DNA of 50,116 nt from Vampirovibrionales bacterium (GTDB lineage Bacteria > Cyanobacteriota > Vampirovibrionia > Vampirovibrionales > JAJTHC01): positions 1-50,116 of the forward strand of contig JBIKUS010000002.1 in the NCBI GenBank assembly GCA_044347425.1, read 5' to 3'. A model generated the notes under the pieces. The model saw nothing but the letters and a program-made list of their open reading frames with translations, was not told the DNA's origin and searched no databases. This document shows, one piece after another, positions 39,427 to 48,588 of the stretch (positions are counted from its first letter, which is position 1; each line of letters starts with the position of its first letter). A program made the position numbers and the translations under genes.

Positions 39427-39942
39427 TTAATGGCAGGTAAAGCCATGGTGTGTTTCCCAGTAGCGTTGGTGGTAAGCCTCGGCTAAGGTAAAAGGGGCGG
39501 CAGGCTCTAGCGTGGTAGCCAACTGTTGGCCTCGCCAACGGGGATTATGAGGTAGGCTAGCCATCACTTGTTGCGCCTCGGCCAGTTGCTCGGCCGAATG
39601 AATAAAAATGACGCTTCGGTATTGCGTCCCCATATCGGGGCCTTGGCGGTTAAGCTGGGTGGGGTCGTGCAGGCCAAAAAACACCTGTAGCAGGGCAGTG
39701 TAAGGCAGCACGTCGGGGTCAAAGCGTAGGTGTACCACTTCGGCGTGGCCAGTTTGCCCTGTGCATACCTGTTGATAGGTGGGGTTGGGGGTGCTTCCGC
39801 CCATGTAGCCCACGGCCGTGGCTAATACACCAGTTGTGCTGGCCAGCTTGGCCTCAACACCCCAAAAGCATCCTGCCCCTAACGTGGCCACGGGGTAGGC
39901 TTGTAACGTCACATCATCTACTTGCAAAGCCATAACACACAC
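39427..39942 (-). CDS. msrA: peptide-methionine (S)-S-oxide reductase MsrA
   Basis: GAGCFWGVE active-site motif and GHAEVV...YRS pattern. Confidence 0.9.
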   Translation of the reverse strand: MCVMALQVDDVTLQAYPVATLGAGCFWGVEAKLASTTGVLATAVGYMGGSTPNPTYQQVCTGQTGHAEVVHLRFDPDVLPYTALLQVFFGLHDPTQLNRQGPDMGTQYRSVIFIHSAEQLAEAQQVMASLPHNPRWRGQQLATTLEPAAPFTLAEAYHQRYWETHHGFTCH

Positions 39943-39999
39943 CTTAAGTTAAGGGATACTGAGTCCAACTATAGCACAAGGTGTTTGTGGCGGTGTAGG

Positions 40000-40392
40000 T
40001 TAGGCTCTTGTAATCTCAGGGGCGACGTGAGGAGCTGCTCTCTCTACACGCTGAAGTGCTTGTTGAGCGGTGTGCTGCACTTGGCCACTGCCAAACAAGC
40101 TTGCAATCCCTCGGGCAATTTTAGGCGAAAGCACTAATCCAAGTATAAGGGTAGGTATCCCCACAAAAATAGCAAGGGGTACGCCGCAGCACAAAGCGCA
40201 AAGGGTCTCACCAATACCAAAAAACCCAAAAGCTTGCTTACCCCCCGTGGTTTGCGGAGCCAACCCTTGGCTACTGGCAAACGCATCGGGCTTTGAGGCT
40301 AAGTTAGGCGAGTGCTGCCCTACTTGCACGGCCGACGAAGCTTCGGCAAGGGGTAACTGTTGCGACAATAAAGGCGATACGGCAAGTTGCAT
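40000..40392 (-). CDS. hypothetical membrane protein
   Basis: 130-aa ORF with one or two central TM segments (LCALCCGVPLAIFVGIPTLILGLVL). Confidence 0.45.
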   Translation of the reverse strand: MQLAVSPLLSQQLPLAEASSAVQVGQHSPNLASKPDAFASSQGLAPQTTGGKQAFGFFGIGETLCALCCGVPLAIFVGIPTLILGLVLSPKIARGIASLFGSGQVQHTAQQALQRVERAAPHVAPEITRA

Positions 40393-40662
40393 AGGGGTGT
40401 GCCTTATAGGTTAAGGAGGGAGAAAAGAGAGACGCTACCCATAGTAACACCCCTAAAAATAAAAGTTGCGGAACCAAGCCAACTTATGGTATGATAGTGT
40501 AAAGCATACACTTTAGTTAGTATAATAAAACCTTGCATTAGGCTTATGTTAGCACTTTAATTATGTTAGCTAAGTTCTTATGGTTACTCGCTTACACTAG
40601 GTTGTTCTGGTTTTGTATGAGTCCATGTTTCCTTCACCTTTAACCCTATAGGTTGTTTCCCC

Positions 40663-41691
40663 ATGATGGCACTGATGTCTCCCCCTATGAAACCCACTAA
40701 CGCACATTTTTCAGTTAAAAACGACGCTTGGGCCATTGCCCGTGGCCGCTCTGTTATTGAAAACGAGATTAAAGCCCTGCACGACCTTTGCGAACGGTTG
40801 GACGAAACCTTTGTGCGTGCCATTGAGCTGCTCGAAAATTGCCGTGGGCGTGTCATTATCACGGGTATGGGCAAATCAGGCCACATTGGCAAAAAAATGG
40901 CCGCTACTTTCTCAAGCGTAGGTACGCCTGCCGTATTTATGCACCCCGCCGAAGGTAGCCACGGCGACCTTGGCGTTATCACCCGTGATGATGTGGTGAT
41001 TGCCATCAGCAACAGCGGCGAAACCCAAGAATTGATTGGTGTACTGCCTACCATCAAACGCTTTGGCCTGCCCCTTATCGCCATGACGGGGCGTGCAGCC
41101 TCAAGCCTAGGCCGTCGTGCTGATGTGGTGTTGGATATCTCAGTTGAGCAAGAAGCTTGCCCTCTTAACTTGGCTCCTACTTCAAGCACCACCGTCACCC
41201 TCGCCTTGGGCGATGCGTTGGCCTTGGTACTGTTAGAGCGCAAAGGCTTCACCAGCGAAGACTTCGCTATGTTTCACCCCGCAGGCACCTTGGGCAAGCA
41301 ATTGCTTATGCAGGTTGAAGATATCATGACCCCACTGGCCGACCTACCCGTACACCAAGCCACCGAAACCCTGCTTGACACCGTTATGGATATGACCAGC
41401 AAGCAATCTGGTATTGCCCTTGTGGTTAGCGACACAGGCAACTTAAAAGGCATTGTTACTGATGGTGACGTGCGCCGTAGCCTCAAAGCCTTTGATAACG
41501 TCAAAGATACTCGCCTTAACCAAATTATGACCCCCAACCCGCTCACCATTGACCCCAAGCAACTGGCCGCCAAAGCCGTTAAAGTCATGGAAGATAACAC
41601 CATCCATGCCTTGGTTGTGGTTGAAACGGGCTGCCAAGTACCCTTGGGCATTGTCACCTTGCAAGCCCTTATTAAAGCTGGCTTACGCTAG
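40663..41691 (+). CDS. kpsF: arabinose-5-phosphate isomerase (KpsF/GutQ; SIS + tandem CBS)
   Basis: GRVIITGMGKSGHIGKKMAATFSSVGTPAVFMHPAEGSHGDLG and ISNSGETQE motifs, with C-terminal CBS pairs. Confidence 0.85.
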   Translation: MMALMSPPMKPTNAHFSVKNDAWAIARGRSVIENEIKALHDLCERLDETFVRAIELLENCRGRVIITGMGKSGHIGKKMAATFSSVGTPAVFMHPAEGSHGDLGVITRDDVVIAISNSGETQELIGVLPTIKRFGLPLIAMTGRAASSLGRRADVVLDISVEQEACPLNLAPTSSTTVTLALGDALALVLLERKGFTSEDFAMFHPAGTLGKQLLMQVEDIMTPLADLPVHQATETLLDTVMDMTSKQSGIALVVSDTGNLKGIVTDGDVRRSLKAFDNVKDTRLNQIMTPNPLTIDPKQLAAKAVKVMEDNTIHALVVVETGCQVPLGIVTLQALIKAGLR

Positions 41692-41716
41692 GCTTTTGGT
41701 TTTAAACTCAACTTTA

Positions 41717-41752
41717 ACACCCCTCGTACTTAACTTAGTGCGAGGGGTGTTT
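41717..41752 (+). terminator. terminator hairpin after kpsF
   Basis: AACACCCCTCG-N14-CGAGGGGTGTT (11-bp stem) followed by a T-rich TAGTGTTTATT. Confidence 0.55.
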
Positions 41753-41836
41753 AGTGTTTATTAGGAAGTCTACTTAGGGCATAAAATTACCCCCCTTACT
41801 CTACAAGCAAGAGGGGGTAGTCTTAATTAAAGAAGC

Positions 41837-42148
41837 CTAAATACGGCCTTCCCAGTAGCCGCCCTTGCGGTCAACCAAGGCATCATACCCAGACCAAAAA
41901 CGGTAAGGGGGGATTAAGCCAATAACGGCGTGGGTAGCCACTTTTTTACCAGGTGTGTGGTTAACAGCTTGGCCAATACCAGGCCAAACCAAAAACGACA
42001 ATAAGCCAGCAGCTACGGTTTTGCCTGTTACTTTACCCGTGCTAATTTGGTCGGCATGAGCCAAGTTGGCCGAGGGCAAAAGTATGCCCATAGCCAGTAA
42101 TGCTAATACCATTAGCGCACTAGTTCTTTTTTTAACGATAGTGTTCAT
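41837..42148 (-). CDS. small secreted/membrane hypothetical protein
   Basis: I prefer ATG 42148, with GAGGAA 9 nt upstream. It has the signal peptide MNTIVKKRTSALMVLALLAMGILLPSANLAHA. Confidence 0.5.
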   Translation of the reverse strand: MNTIVKKRTSALMVLALLAMGILLPSANLAHADQISTGKVTGKTVAAGLLSFLVWPGIGQAVNHTPGKKVATHAVIGLIPPYRFWSGYDALVDRKGGYWEGRI

Positions 42149-42264
42149 ACTAAAAGGTTCCTCACACGTACAACAGGCTATGATGACCTTTATCTTCATT
42201 CAACCTAAGCCTAGCATAGCGATACTGATGGGATTCGTCAACTTAAACTAACCTTAAGCTTGTT

Positions 42265-43188
42265 TTAAGTCGCAAAAACAGCCGTCAAATACCGCCAAAC
42301 ACCTGCCGTATCCTTATGGCAAGCGATGTTGGTGTAACCAAACTTGGCCGTTACTAACCAAGTTGCCAGCAGCGGGGGCTGGTCATCGCCAAGTTCTAGC
42401 CCTACCCACGCCCCGTGGGCAAGGTGTTGGGTTTGGCTAAGCAACGCCTTTGCAGCCGACAATCCCTCGGTGTCGTCGGCAAACAGAGCCGTGGCAGGCT
42501 CGCGGTTGGCCACTTCGGGGGCTAAGGTAGTGGCGTGTTGCGGGGGGATATAAGGCGGGTTGCTCACCAACACGTCAATGGGGCGAGGCACTTGGGCGAG
42601 CCAATCGCTGTGCAACCACTGCACTGTGGCCTGTTGTTGGGGCGAGAGGTGCGTTTGAGCGTTAACCTGTGCAACGACCAACGCCTCAGGGCTGGCATCG
42701 AGGCCGTACCATACCACACCCTTACCCTCTGAGTATGGCAAAGAGTGACCCTCACCCTGCCCTCTCCCAAAGGGAGAGGGTGAAAGTAGTAAACTCAATA
42801 GAATGCAGCCACTCCCCGTGCCAGCGTCAGCCACAACAAGCGGGGCTTGGCGAGTAGCCAGTTCAGCCAGTGCCAGCTCAACCAAGCCCTCCGTCTCTGG
42901 CCGAGGAATCAGTACGGCAGGTGACACTGTAAATTTACGGCCGTAAAACCAACCATAGCCCACCAAGTGTTGCAGGGGCTTACGTTGGGTGATACGTTGA
43001 TGGAGAAGGCTTTGAAGCAACACAGCCCCCTCTCCCTGTGGGAGAGAGGGTGAGCGAAGGAGAGCAGTAGCCGTGAGGCCAAGGCAATGCTCCACCAACC
43101 ATAACGCCTCGGTGTGCGCTTGTTGCGGCGAGTAGCACACAGGGGCTAGGCGATGACGGAGTTGAATAAACCAAGACGGGTACATCAC
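42265..43188 (-). CDS. prmC: release-factor glutamine N5-methyltransferase PrmC (HemK)
   Basis: DAGTGSGC SAM motif and VSNPPYI catalytic NPPY motif. It abuts the xthA stop with 0 gap. It contains two in-frame palindromic repeat copies. Confidence 0.85.
   Translation of the reverse strand: MMYPSWFIQLRHRLAPVCYSPQQAHTEALWLVEHCLGLTATALLRSPSLPQGEGAVLLQSLLHQRITQRKPLQHLVGYGWFYGRKFTVSPAVLIPRPETEGLVELALAELATRQAPLVVADAGTGSGCILLSLLLSPSPFGRGQGEGHSLPYSEGKGVVWYGLDASPEALVVAQVNAQTHLSPQQQATVQWLHSDWLAQVPRPIDVLVSNPPYIPPQHATTLAPEVANREPATALFADDTEGLSAAKALLSQTQHLAHGAWVGLELGDDQPPLLATWLVTAKFGYTNIACHKDTAGVWRYLTAVFAT
42749..42783. repeat. GC-rich palindromic element (copy B), in frame inside prmC
   Basis: CCCTCACCC-TG-CCCTCTCCC-AAA-GGGAGAGGG-TGA, translated as SPSPFGRGQGEGHS. 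It is near-identical to 48589..48622. Confidence 0.85.
43026..43054. repeat. GC-rich palindromic element (copy C, partial), in frame inside prmC
   Basis: CCCTCTCCC-TGT-GGGAGAGAGGGTGAG, translated as SPSLPQGEG. Confidence 0.7.
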
Positions 43189-43992
43189 TTAAACGGTAAT
43201 CGTCAGCAGCACGGGGCAATGGTCAGAGCCTTCTACCTCGTGCAGAATATCAGCAGCCACAATCCTGTCCACGTGCGGGGTAGAGATAAAGAAGTAATCA
43301 ATACGCCAGCCCACGTTGCGGGCGCGCGCACGGGTACGCATATGCCACCACGTGTAACGGTCTTTATCGTCTGGGTGTAAATACCTAAAGGTATCGGTAA
43401 AGCCATCAGCAACGAGTTCATCCATCCAAGCCCGCTCTATGGCCAAAAAGCCGCTTTCGTTCACATTCTCGGCAGGGCGAGCCAAGTCAATCTCGTGGTG
43501 AGCCGTGTTAAAGTCGCCTGTTACAATGAGGGCTTTACCCGTGGCTTTGTAGGCTTGCACTTGCGCCAGCCACGCCTTGTAAAAGTCCAACTTGTATTGC
43601 AGCCTAAGCTCGCCACTGGTGCCGTTGGGGTAGTAGTGGTTAAACAGTATAAAGGTGTCATATTCGGCGATGACGGTGCGCCCTTCGCTGTCAAACTCGG
43701 GGATGCCGAAGCCAGTTTGCACGTTAAGGGGCTGAGGCTTGGTATAAATAGCCGTACCGCTGTAGCCAGGCCGTTCGGCGTGCGACCAGTGCGTGCTGTA
43801 GCCGTGGGCGGGGGCAAGCATCTCGGCGGTGAGTTGGTGCTGTTGTAGCTTGGTCTCTTGCAAGGCCAACACGTCGGGTTGGGTGGTGGCCAGCCAGTCG
43901 GCAAAGCCCTTTTTGTAGGCCGCCCGTATGCCGTTCACGTTCCACGATAGCAGGGTAAGGGTAGTGGCGTTGGTGTCGCCCATGGGGTGCAT
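43189..43992 (-). CDS. xthA: exodeoxyribonuclease III
   Basis: LLSWNVNGIRA, LQETK, GDFN and SDHCPV motifs of the EEP/ExoIII family. Confidence 0.9.
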   Translation of the reverse strand: MHPMGDTNATTLTLLSWNVNGIRAAYKKGFADWLATTQPDVLALQETKLQQHQLTAEMLAPAHGYSTHWSHAERPGYSGTAIYTKPQPLNVQTGFGIPEFDSEGRTVIAEYDTFILFNHYYPNGTSGELRLQYKLDFYKAWLAQVQAYKATGKALIVTGDFNTAHHEIDLARPAENVNESGFLAIERAWMDELVADGFTDTFRYLHPDDKDRYTWWHMRTRARARNVGWRIDYFFISTPHVDRIVAADILHEVEGSDHCPVLLTITV

Positions 43993-44285
43993 CCTTTAAA
44001 ACACATTATTTACAAAACAGTAACACACTCGCCTCACCCCACCAAGTGGGGGAAACCCTTAAGATTTGCTTGTATTATCTTGCTTTAGGGTGATAAGTTG
44101 TTATTATCAAGTTAGGATGATTCTCCCCATAACACGACTGTTGCCTCAACCCCGCATCAGTCACCGCTAACTTGTTTTTATGCACATACATAGCAACTAG
44201 GCTACGCAAGTTTACCACTTTTAAGGCAGTTGATACCTGCCCACACCCTTGCCCATGCGACGACACGATAGGACGTAGGACATTT

Positions 44286-45533
44286 ATGGCTAACCACACC
44301 CCTGCTGATACGCACACCCAAGCACCAGCAACCCAAGCAACGCCCACCGTACGCAAAGGTGGCGGTTTAATACCCCGCATTGTGCAACCTAGCAAGCCCT
44401 TGCAACGTGCCGAACTCACCCCGCTGACGGTTGCCAGCCTGCCCCGTACCCTACCCGATTTTTACACCCCAGGCAGCAGTAAAGACGTTCTTATTGCCGA
44501 ATGGCTCACCGAGTGGATTACCCAAGGCCTCGCCGACGGTAGCTTGGGCGAACATCACATCCTCCCCAAAAAGGGCGACATTGCAGCCTACCTTGGCGTG
44601 AGTGCTGGCACAGTGCAGAACGCCATCCGTTATATTGAAGATGACGGCCACGTGGAATCTAAACAACGTATCGGCACGGTATTGCGCCTCCTTACGCACA
44701 ACCCAGACGACAGCCGCCTACGCAAGCAAACCAGCAAGCGCGACCAAGCCGTCTTAGCCCTTAAGCACTACATTCTTGCCCAAAACATCCCCGTAGGCGA
44801 TGCGTTGCCTTCGGCGAGACAACTCTCGGGCATCTTAGGGGCAGCCCCCAACACCACTCGCCTTGCGCTTGAGTACCTCTCGGGTGTAGGCGTGGTGGAT
44901 AGCAAGGGCTTTAGAGGCAACAAGGCCAATTGGTACCTAGCTAAGCGTCCTACTGATATTGATGCCAGCAACACCGAACCCATTGCCATAGCAAGCCAAA
45001 CCCTGATTGACCAACTCGAACGTGAGCTACGCAACGTGATACGCACCGAGCATAAAGTGGGCGACAAACTGCCCCCCCACCAAGAGCTTGGCGAACGCTT
45101 TAAGGTCAGCATTAAAACCATCCATGATGCGATGAGCCGCCTAGCCCAACAAGGGTATGTACAAAGCAAGCGTGGTCGCCATGGTACGGTTGTGGTGCAA
45201 CTGCCCAGCCAAGGTGTCACCCCCGCACTCGAAGCCTTGTTTGTACCAGCGGGTAAGCCTGTACCGTCGCCTTCGCCTGTGGCACAACCGCCACGGTTTG
45301 CGGGGTTGTCGTCAAGCTCGGCACAGCAACAAGTCAGCGACAGATTGCGTAAAGAGCTTAAGCAGAATTACACCACGGGCGATAAGCTCCCCCCTATGGC
45401 CACCTTGGCTACCCAGTGGGATGTTAGCACGCATTTGGTACGCAAAGCCTTGACCGATATGGCCAGCAAGGGTTGGGTCAGCCTTAGCCGTGGCCGTAAC
45501 GGCGGTACCACGGTACTAAAGCAACCCGACTAA
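44286..45533 (+). CDS. protein composed of four tandem GntR-type winged helix-turn-helix domains
   Basis: Four ~65-aa repeats each match the GntR HTH pattern (LP....LA..LGVS..TV..A...L...G.V....G.GT.V): LPKKGDIAAYLGVSAGTVQNAI..., LPSARQLSGILGAAPNTTRLAL..., LPPHQELGERFKVSIKTIHDAM... and LPPMATLATQWDVSTHLVRKAL.... There is no effector domain. I prefer the start at ATG 44286; the ORF track's 44172 is less likely. Confidence 0.7.
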   Translation: MANHTPADTHTQAPATQATPTVRKGGGLIPRIVQPSKPLQRAELTPLTVASLPRTLPDFYTPGSSKDVLIAEWLTEWITQGLADGSLGEHHILPKKGDIAAYLGVSAGTVQNAIRYIEDDGHVESKQRIGTVLRLLTHNPDDSRLRKQTSKRDQAVLALKHYILAQNIPVGDALPSARQLSGILGAAPNTTRLALEYLSGVGVVDSKGFRGNKANWYLAKRPTDIDASNTEPIAIASQTLIDQLERELRNVIRTEHKVGDKLPPHQELGERFKVSIKTIHDAMSRLAQQGYVQSKRGRHGTVVVQLPSQGVTPALEALFVPAGKPVPSPSPVAQPPRFAGLSSSSAQQQVSDRLRKELKQNYTTGDKLPPMATLATQWDVSTHLVRKALTDMASKGWVSLSRGRNGGTTVLKQPD

Positions 45534-45567
45534 CGATCACTATCGACACCACCCATCAAACTCAAAA

Positions 45568-45597
45568 CCCCTCACCAGCTAAGGCGAGGGGTTTTTT
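45568..45597 (+). terminator. rho-independent terminator after the 4xGntR gene
   Basis: CCCCTCACC-AGCTAA-GGCGAGGGG (one mismatch) followed by T6. Confidence 0.65.
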
Positions 45598-45598
45598 G

Positions 45599-45691
45599 TG
45601 GCGGAGAGAGGGGGATTCGAACCCCCGATCGAACTTTTGGCCCGATAACTTCTTAGCAGGAAGCCGCTTTCAGCCACTCAGCCATCTCTCC
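45599..45691 (-). tRNA. tRNA-Ser (anticodon GCU), CCA encoded
   Basis: Manual fold: acceptor GGAGAGA/TCTCTCC, anticodon arm GCTTC-CTGCTAA-GAAGT, long variable arm, T arm GGGGG-TTCGAAT-CCCCC, discriminator G, 3' CCA. Confidence 0.9.
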
Positions 45692-45769
45692 AGTTGTTAG
45701 TAAGGTTAGCACAGGGGATGAGGGCTTGGCAACACATTAAACTTGCCTCACAATAGGGGGGTTGTCCCA

Positions 45770-45877
45770 CCCTCTCCCTTAGGGAGAGGGCAGGGTGAGG
45801 GAAGCTCAGAGAAAACTGCCAAGGCTAGGTTTCCCTCACCCGCTATTACCGTAGCGACCTCTCCCTAAGGGAGAGGT
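45770..45877. repeat. composite GC-rich palindromic element (copy D), intergenic
   Basis: CCCTCTCCC-TTA-GGGAGAGGG, then arms GGGTGAGGGAA / TTCCCTCACCC, then ACCTCTCCC-TAA-GGGAGAGGT. Same architecture as copy A in the opposite orientation, including the CGCTACGGTAATAGC vs AGCTACGGGAGTAGC linker. Confidence 0.85.
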
Positions 45878-45923
45878 TAAGATGCGCTTCTTGTTGAAAC
45901 CACGATAAAGGGCACCACCCCCT

Positions 45924-47465
45924 ATGACACCCCCCACCCCTTGGGCGACGCTTCGCCTTGTACCGCTGGATGGCCGCCCTGTGTGCCTAGCCTTTGTAAA
46001 GCAACTGGCCAACTTGGCAGGCATTGGCCTGCTCACCCCGCCAGCGCACGCCCTTACCCCTTTAGGTGATGTAAGCCAGCTAAAAACCCCTTCACCGTGG
46101 CCGCCTTTAGCGCAGTGGCTTGCCAACACGCAAACCCAAGCCCAAGCCACGCTCCTTTCATGCGACAGGGTTGCCCATGGGGGACTGATACCCGCCCGCC
46201 TTCACTCCGCCCCGCTTGAAACGACCCTCGCCCATTGCCAACAGGTGCTAGAGTCGTTGATCAACAGCAACGAGCCTCACCCTATCTATGGCTTTAGCAG
46301 TATTTGCCGTATACCCAACTACAACAACGCCGAAGAAGAACCCGACGACTGGGCCACTTACGGCACGGCACTCTACACCTACAGCCGTTTGGCGCACCAG
46401 TTAGGCCACACCCAAGCCCGAGAGCAAGTCCCCCCTGCCCAACTGCCCGAAGCGGTGTTGCAAGCGATGCTGGAGCGACGGCAACGCCTGCACGCCCTAA
46501 ACGAATGGTGGTTGTCGCAAGCCCTGCCCCCGTACAACAAGTTGGCCTCTGCCGTGTTTTGCCAAGACGATACTGGCCCCTACGGCCTTAACGTGCAAGA
46601 GGCGCAAGCTCTCGCCACGGCCTGCCAGCTTCACCCGCACACGTGGGTACAAACGGGAGCGGACGAAGTGGCGCATACCCTGTTGGCTCGTTGGGCGGTG
46701 GAACAAGCCCTTACCCAAGGTAAGCTGGCCACTAAACCCACGGTGTGGGTGGCCTACACGCATCCGCATGTCCCCTTGCAGTTGGCACGGTTTGATGGGG
46801 TGAGCGTGGCCGAAGTGGTAGCGCAACGCTTGGCCAGTGTGGGGCTGTCGCTTGCCTCTAGCCCGCAACAGGCCGATTTGCTGTGGTTGGTGCATGGTGC
46901 CGTGGGCGACCCCCAACACCTCAATATGGGTGACCATTGCCAGCTTGCCCCCGCCATCACCCACGAGAGCCAACACGCCAGCCTAAGGCACTGGGTAGAC
47001 GAGGCCAGACTGTGGGGTAAGCCTTTGCTGTTGGGCGATGTGGCCTATGCCAATGGCGGCGACCCCACGTGGGTAGCCGATCTGTTGGCTCAACCCAAGG
47101 CAGCCCACGTGGTAACAGCCTATGCTGGGTGGAACACCCCTGGTAATGCCCTAGGCTGTTGCCTTGCTATGGGTACCTTACACTGGCTGGCCAGCCAACT
47201 GGGGACGCTCAACCCCGAGGCGCACCGTGTGGCGTTGGCGCACCGCTTGTTAGAGGATGTGGCCTACCAAGCCGTGTTAAGGCAGCAGTTTAGGCCACAA
47301 GCCCCTTACCCTACCTCTGCCTTGGCCACGGCCTTAACCCAAGCCATGCAGCCTGATGCTCAAGCGGTATTACGCTGGGTGGGCTTGCCGCCTGCCACAC
47401 AGGTTGAGGTGACCCTGCCCTGTGGCCGTTGGTTTGAAGCCGACTTGAGCTTTAGCGTAAGCTAG
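45924..47465 (+). CDS. hypothetical protein, possibly DUF4127 family
   Basis: 513-aa ORF. ...GDVAYANGGD... and AYAGWNTPGNALG motifs resemble what I recall of DUF4127. Unverified. Confidence 0.45.
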   Translation: MTPPTPWATLRLVPLDGRPVCLAFVKQLANLAGIGLLTPPAHALTPLGDVSQLKTPSPWPPLAQWLANTQTQAQATLLSCDRVAHGGLIPARLHSAPLETTLAHCQQVLESLINSNEPHPIYGFSSICRIPNYNNAEEEPDDWATYGTALYTYSRLAHQLGHTQAREQVPPAQLPEAVLQAMLERRQRLHALNEWWLSQALPPYNKLASAVFCQDDTGPYGLNVQEAQALATACQLHPHTWVQTGADEVAHTLLARWAVEQALTQGKLATKPTVWVAYTHPHVPLQLARFDGVSVAEVVAQRLASVGLSLASSPQQADLLWLVHGAVGDPQHLNMGDHCQLAPAITHESQHASLRHWVDEARLWGKPLLLGDVAYANGGDPTWVADLLAQPKAAHVVTAYAGWNTPGNALGCCLAMGTLHWLASQLGTLNPEAHRVALAHRLLEDVAYQAVLRQQFRPQAPYPTSALATALTQAMQPDAQAVLRWVGLPPATQVEVTLPCGRWFEADLSFSVS

Positions 47466-48526
47466 TTTTGGTGAGCCAGACACAAGGCATACCACACGCT
47501 ATGGCCTTGGCCCTGTTGCTTTTGCTGGATGACGACCAACCCAACCCGCTCAGCCGCTGCTTCAATTAGGGGTAAGTCGGGGGTGATAAGGCCACTCAAC
47601 CACAACCGCCCGTGCGGGGGCAACCACGAGGCTAAACTGGGCAGTAGCTCCACCAACACACTACGCACAATATTGGCCACAATCACCGTCGGCTTGTCAG
47701 CATCAGCTACAGGGGCAGGAGGCAAGCTAGCACTGGCCAGCCACGTACATCGGCCTTCCACGGCGTTGAGCTCAGCGTTGGTTTGCGCCACGCTCACGGC
47801 ATGGGCATCAATATCCGTCGCTAACACCTTGGTAAAGCCCAGTTTGCAGGCGGCGATGGCCAACACGCCACTCCCCGTCCCCACATCCAACAGAAACGCC
47901 TCGGCTAGTTCGCCACACTCGGCTAAGCGTTGCGCCTCCGCATCTACGGCTTGTAGCATGAGTTGCGTGGTGTGATGCTCCCCTGTACCGAAGGCACTGC
48001 CTGGGTCAAGCACAATCACGGCATCTTCGGGACGCTCGGGGGCGACAACCTCCCAACTTGGGCAGAGGATGAGGCGAGGGCTGAGCCGTCGGGGCTTCCA
48101 AAAGGCCTTCCACGCATCTGCCCACGCCTCTAAGGCCATGGTGCGCTGGGTGAACTGTGGCAAAAGCAATTCGGGGTGATGGGCTTGCGCCACGGCGTGC
48201 AGTTTAGCCACAAGGGCATCCACACCATCGGGGTGAGCTACCAACACGGCAAGGGCTTCGGGTTGCTCTTCGCCTGGGGGGCCATCGTCGTACAGCAACG
48301 AGACACCAAGGGTGAGACCGTCGGCATCGTCATCTTCGGTCAGGGCGTTGTACAGGGCAAAGGCCAAGGGGGGTGTAACAGGCCAGTGGAGTTCTAGCAC
48401 GTGTTGGCCAGCCACAAAAGGCTCCCTCTCCCCTCGGGAGAGGGCTGGGGTGAGGGTCATAACTCCCTCTCCCTCTGGGAGAGGGTTGGGGTGAGGGTCA
48501 TCAAGCAAAGGTTGTGGTGATGTCAT
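47462..48526 (-). CDS. prmA: ribosomal protein L11 methyltransferase PrmA
   Basis: LDPGSAFGTGEHHTT and LDVGTGSGVLAIAACKLG motifs. The N-terminal ~40 aa are encoded by a tandem palindromic repeat. In-frame GTG codons near 48405 and 48390 could be the real start. Confidence 0.8.
   Translation of the reverse strand: MTSPQPLLDDPHPNPLPEGEGVMTLTPALSRGEREPFVAGQHVLELHWPVTPPLAFALYNALTEDDDADGLTLGVSLLYDDGPPGEEQPEALAVLVAHPDGVDALVAKLHAVAQAHHPELLLPQFTQRTMALEAWADAWKAFWKPRRLSPRLILCPSWEVVAPERPEDAVIVLDPGSAFGTGEHHTTQLMLQAVDAEAQRLAECGELAEAFLLDVGTGSGVLAIAACKLGFTKVLATDIDAHAVSVAQTNAELNAVEGRCTWLASASLPPAPVADADKPTVIVANIVRSVLVELLPSLASWLPPHGRLWLSGLITPDLPLIEAAAERVGLVVIQQKQQGQGHSVWYALCLAHQN
48424..48501. repeat. two tandem 41-bp copies of the GC-rich palindromic element (copy E)
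   Basis: CCCTCTCCC-CTC-GGGAGAGGG-CTGGGGTGAGGGTCAT followed by CCCTCTCCC-TCT-GGGAGAGGG-TTGGGGTGAGGGTCAT. It lies at the 5' end or leader of prmA. Confidence 0.85.
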
Positions 48527-48588
48527 GGTTGGAGCGTCTTGTCTTAAACTTGGGGCGGACGATTCGTGAATCGTCCCTAAAAAGGGCT

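Noticed and set aside
28112-40392. Shared FFG(I/L)G motif in three hypothetical proteins: 28112..28555 FTFFGIGQ, 36017..36490 GFFGLGP and 40000..40392 FGFFGIGE.
   Set aside because: A five-residue match in otherwise unalignable proteins with different topologies is most likely chance. It is only worth a proteome-wide regex.
45599-45923. tRNA-Ser as an integration hotspot for an island or prophage.
   Set aside because: There is no integrase, no direct repeat of the tRNA 3' end and no phage-like genes on either side. Only the small palindromic repeat element sits next to it.
48557-48576. Hairpin GGACGATTCGTGAATCGTCC between prmA and the thioredoxin-like gene as a separate repeat family or terminator.
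   Set aside because: It is a single occurrence in the window, has no T-tract on the relevant strand, and sits next to palindromic element copy F. There is not enough evidence to call it anything.
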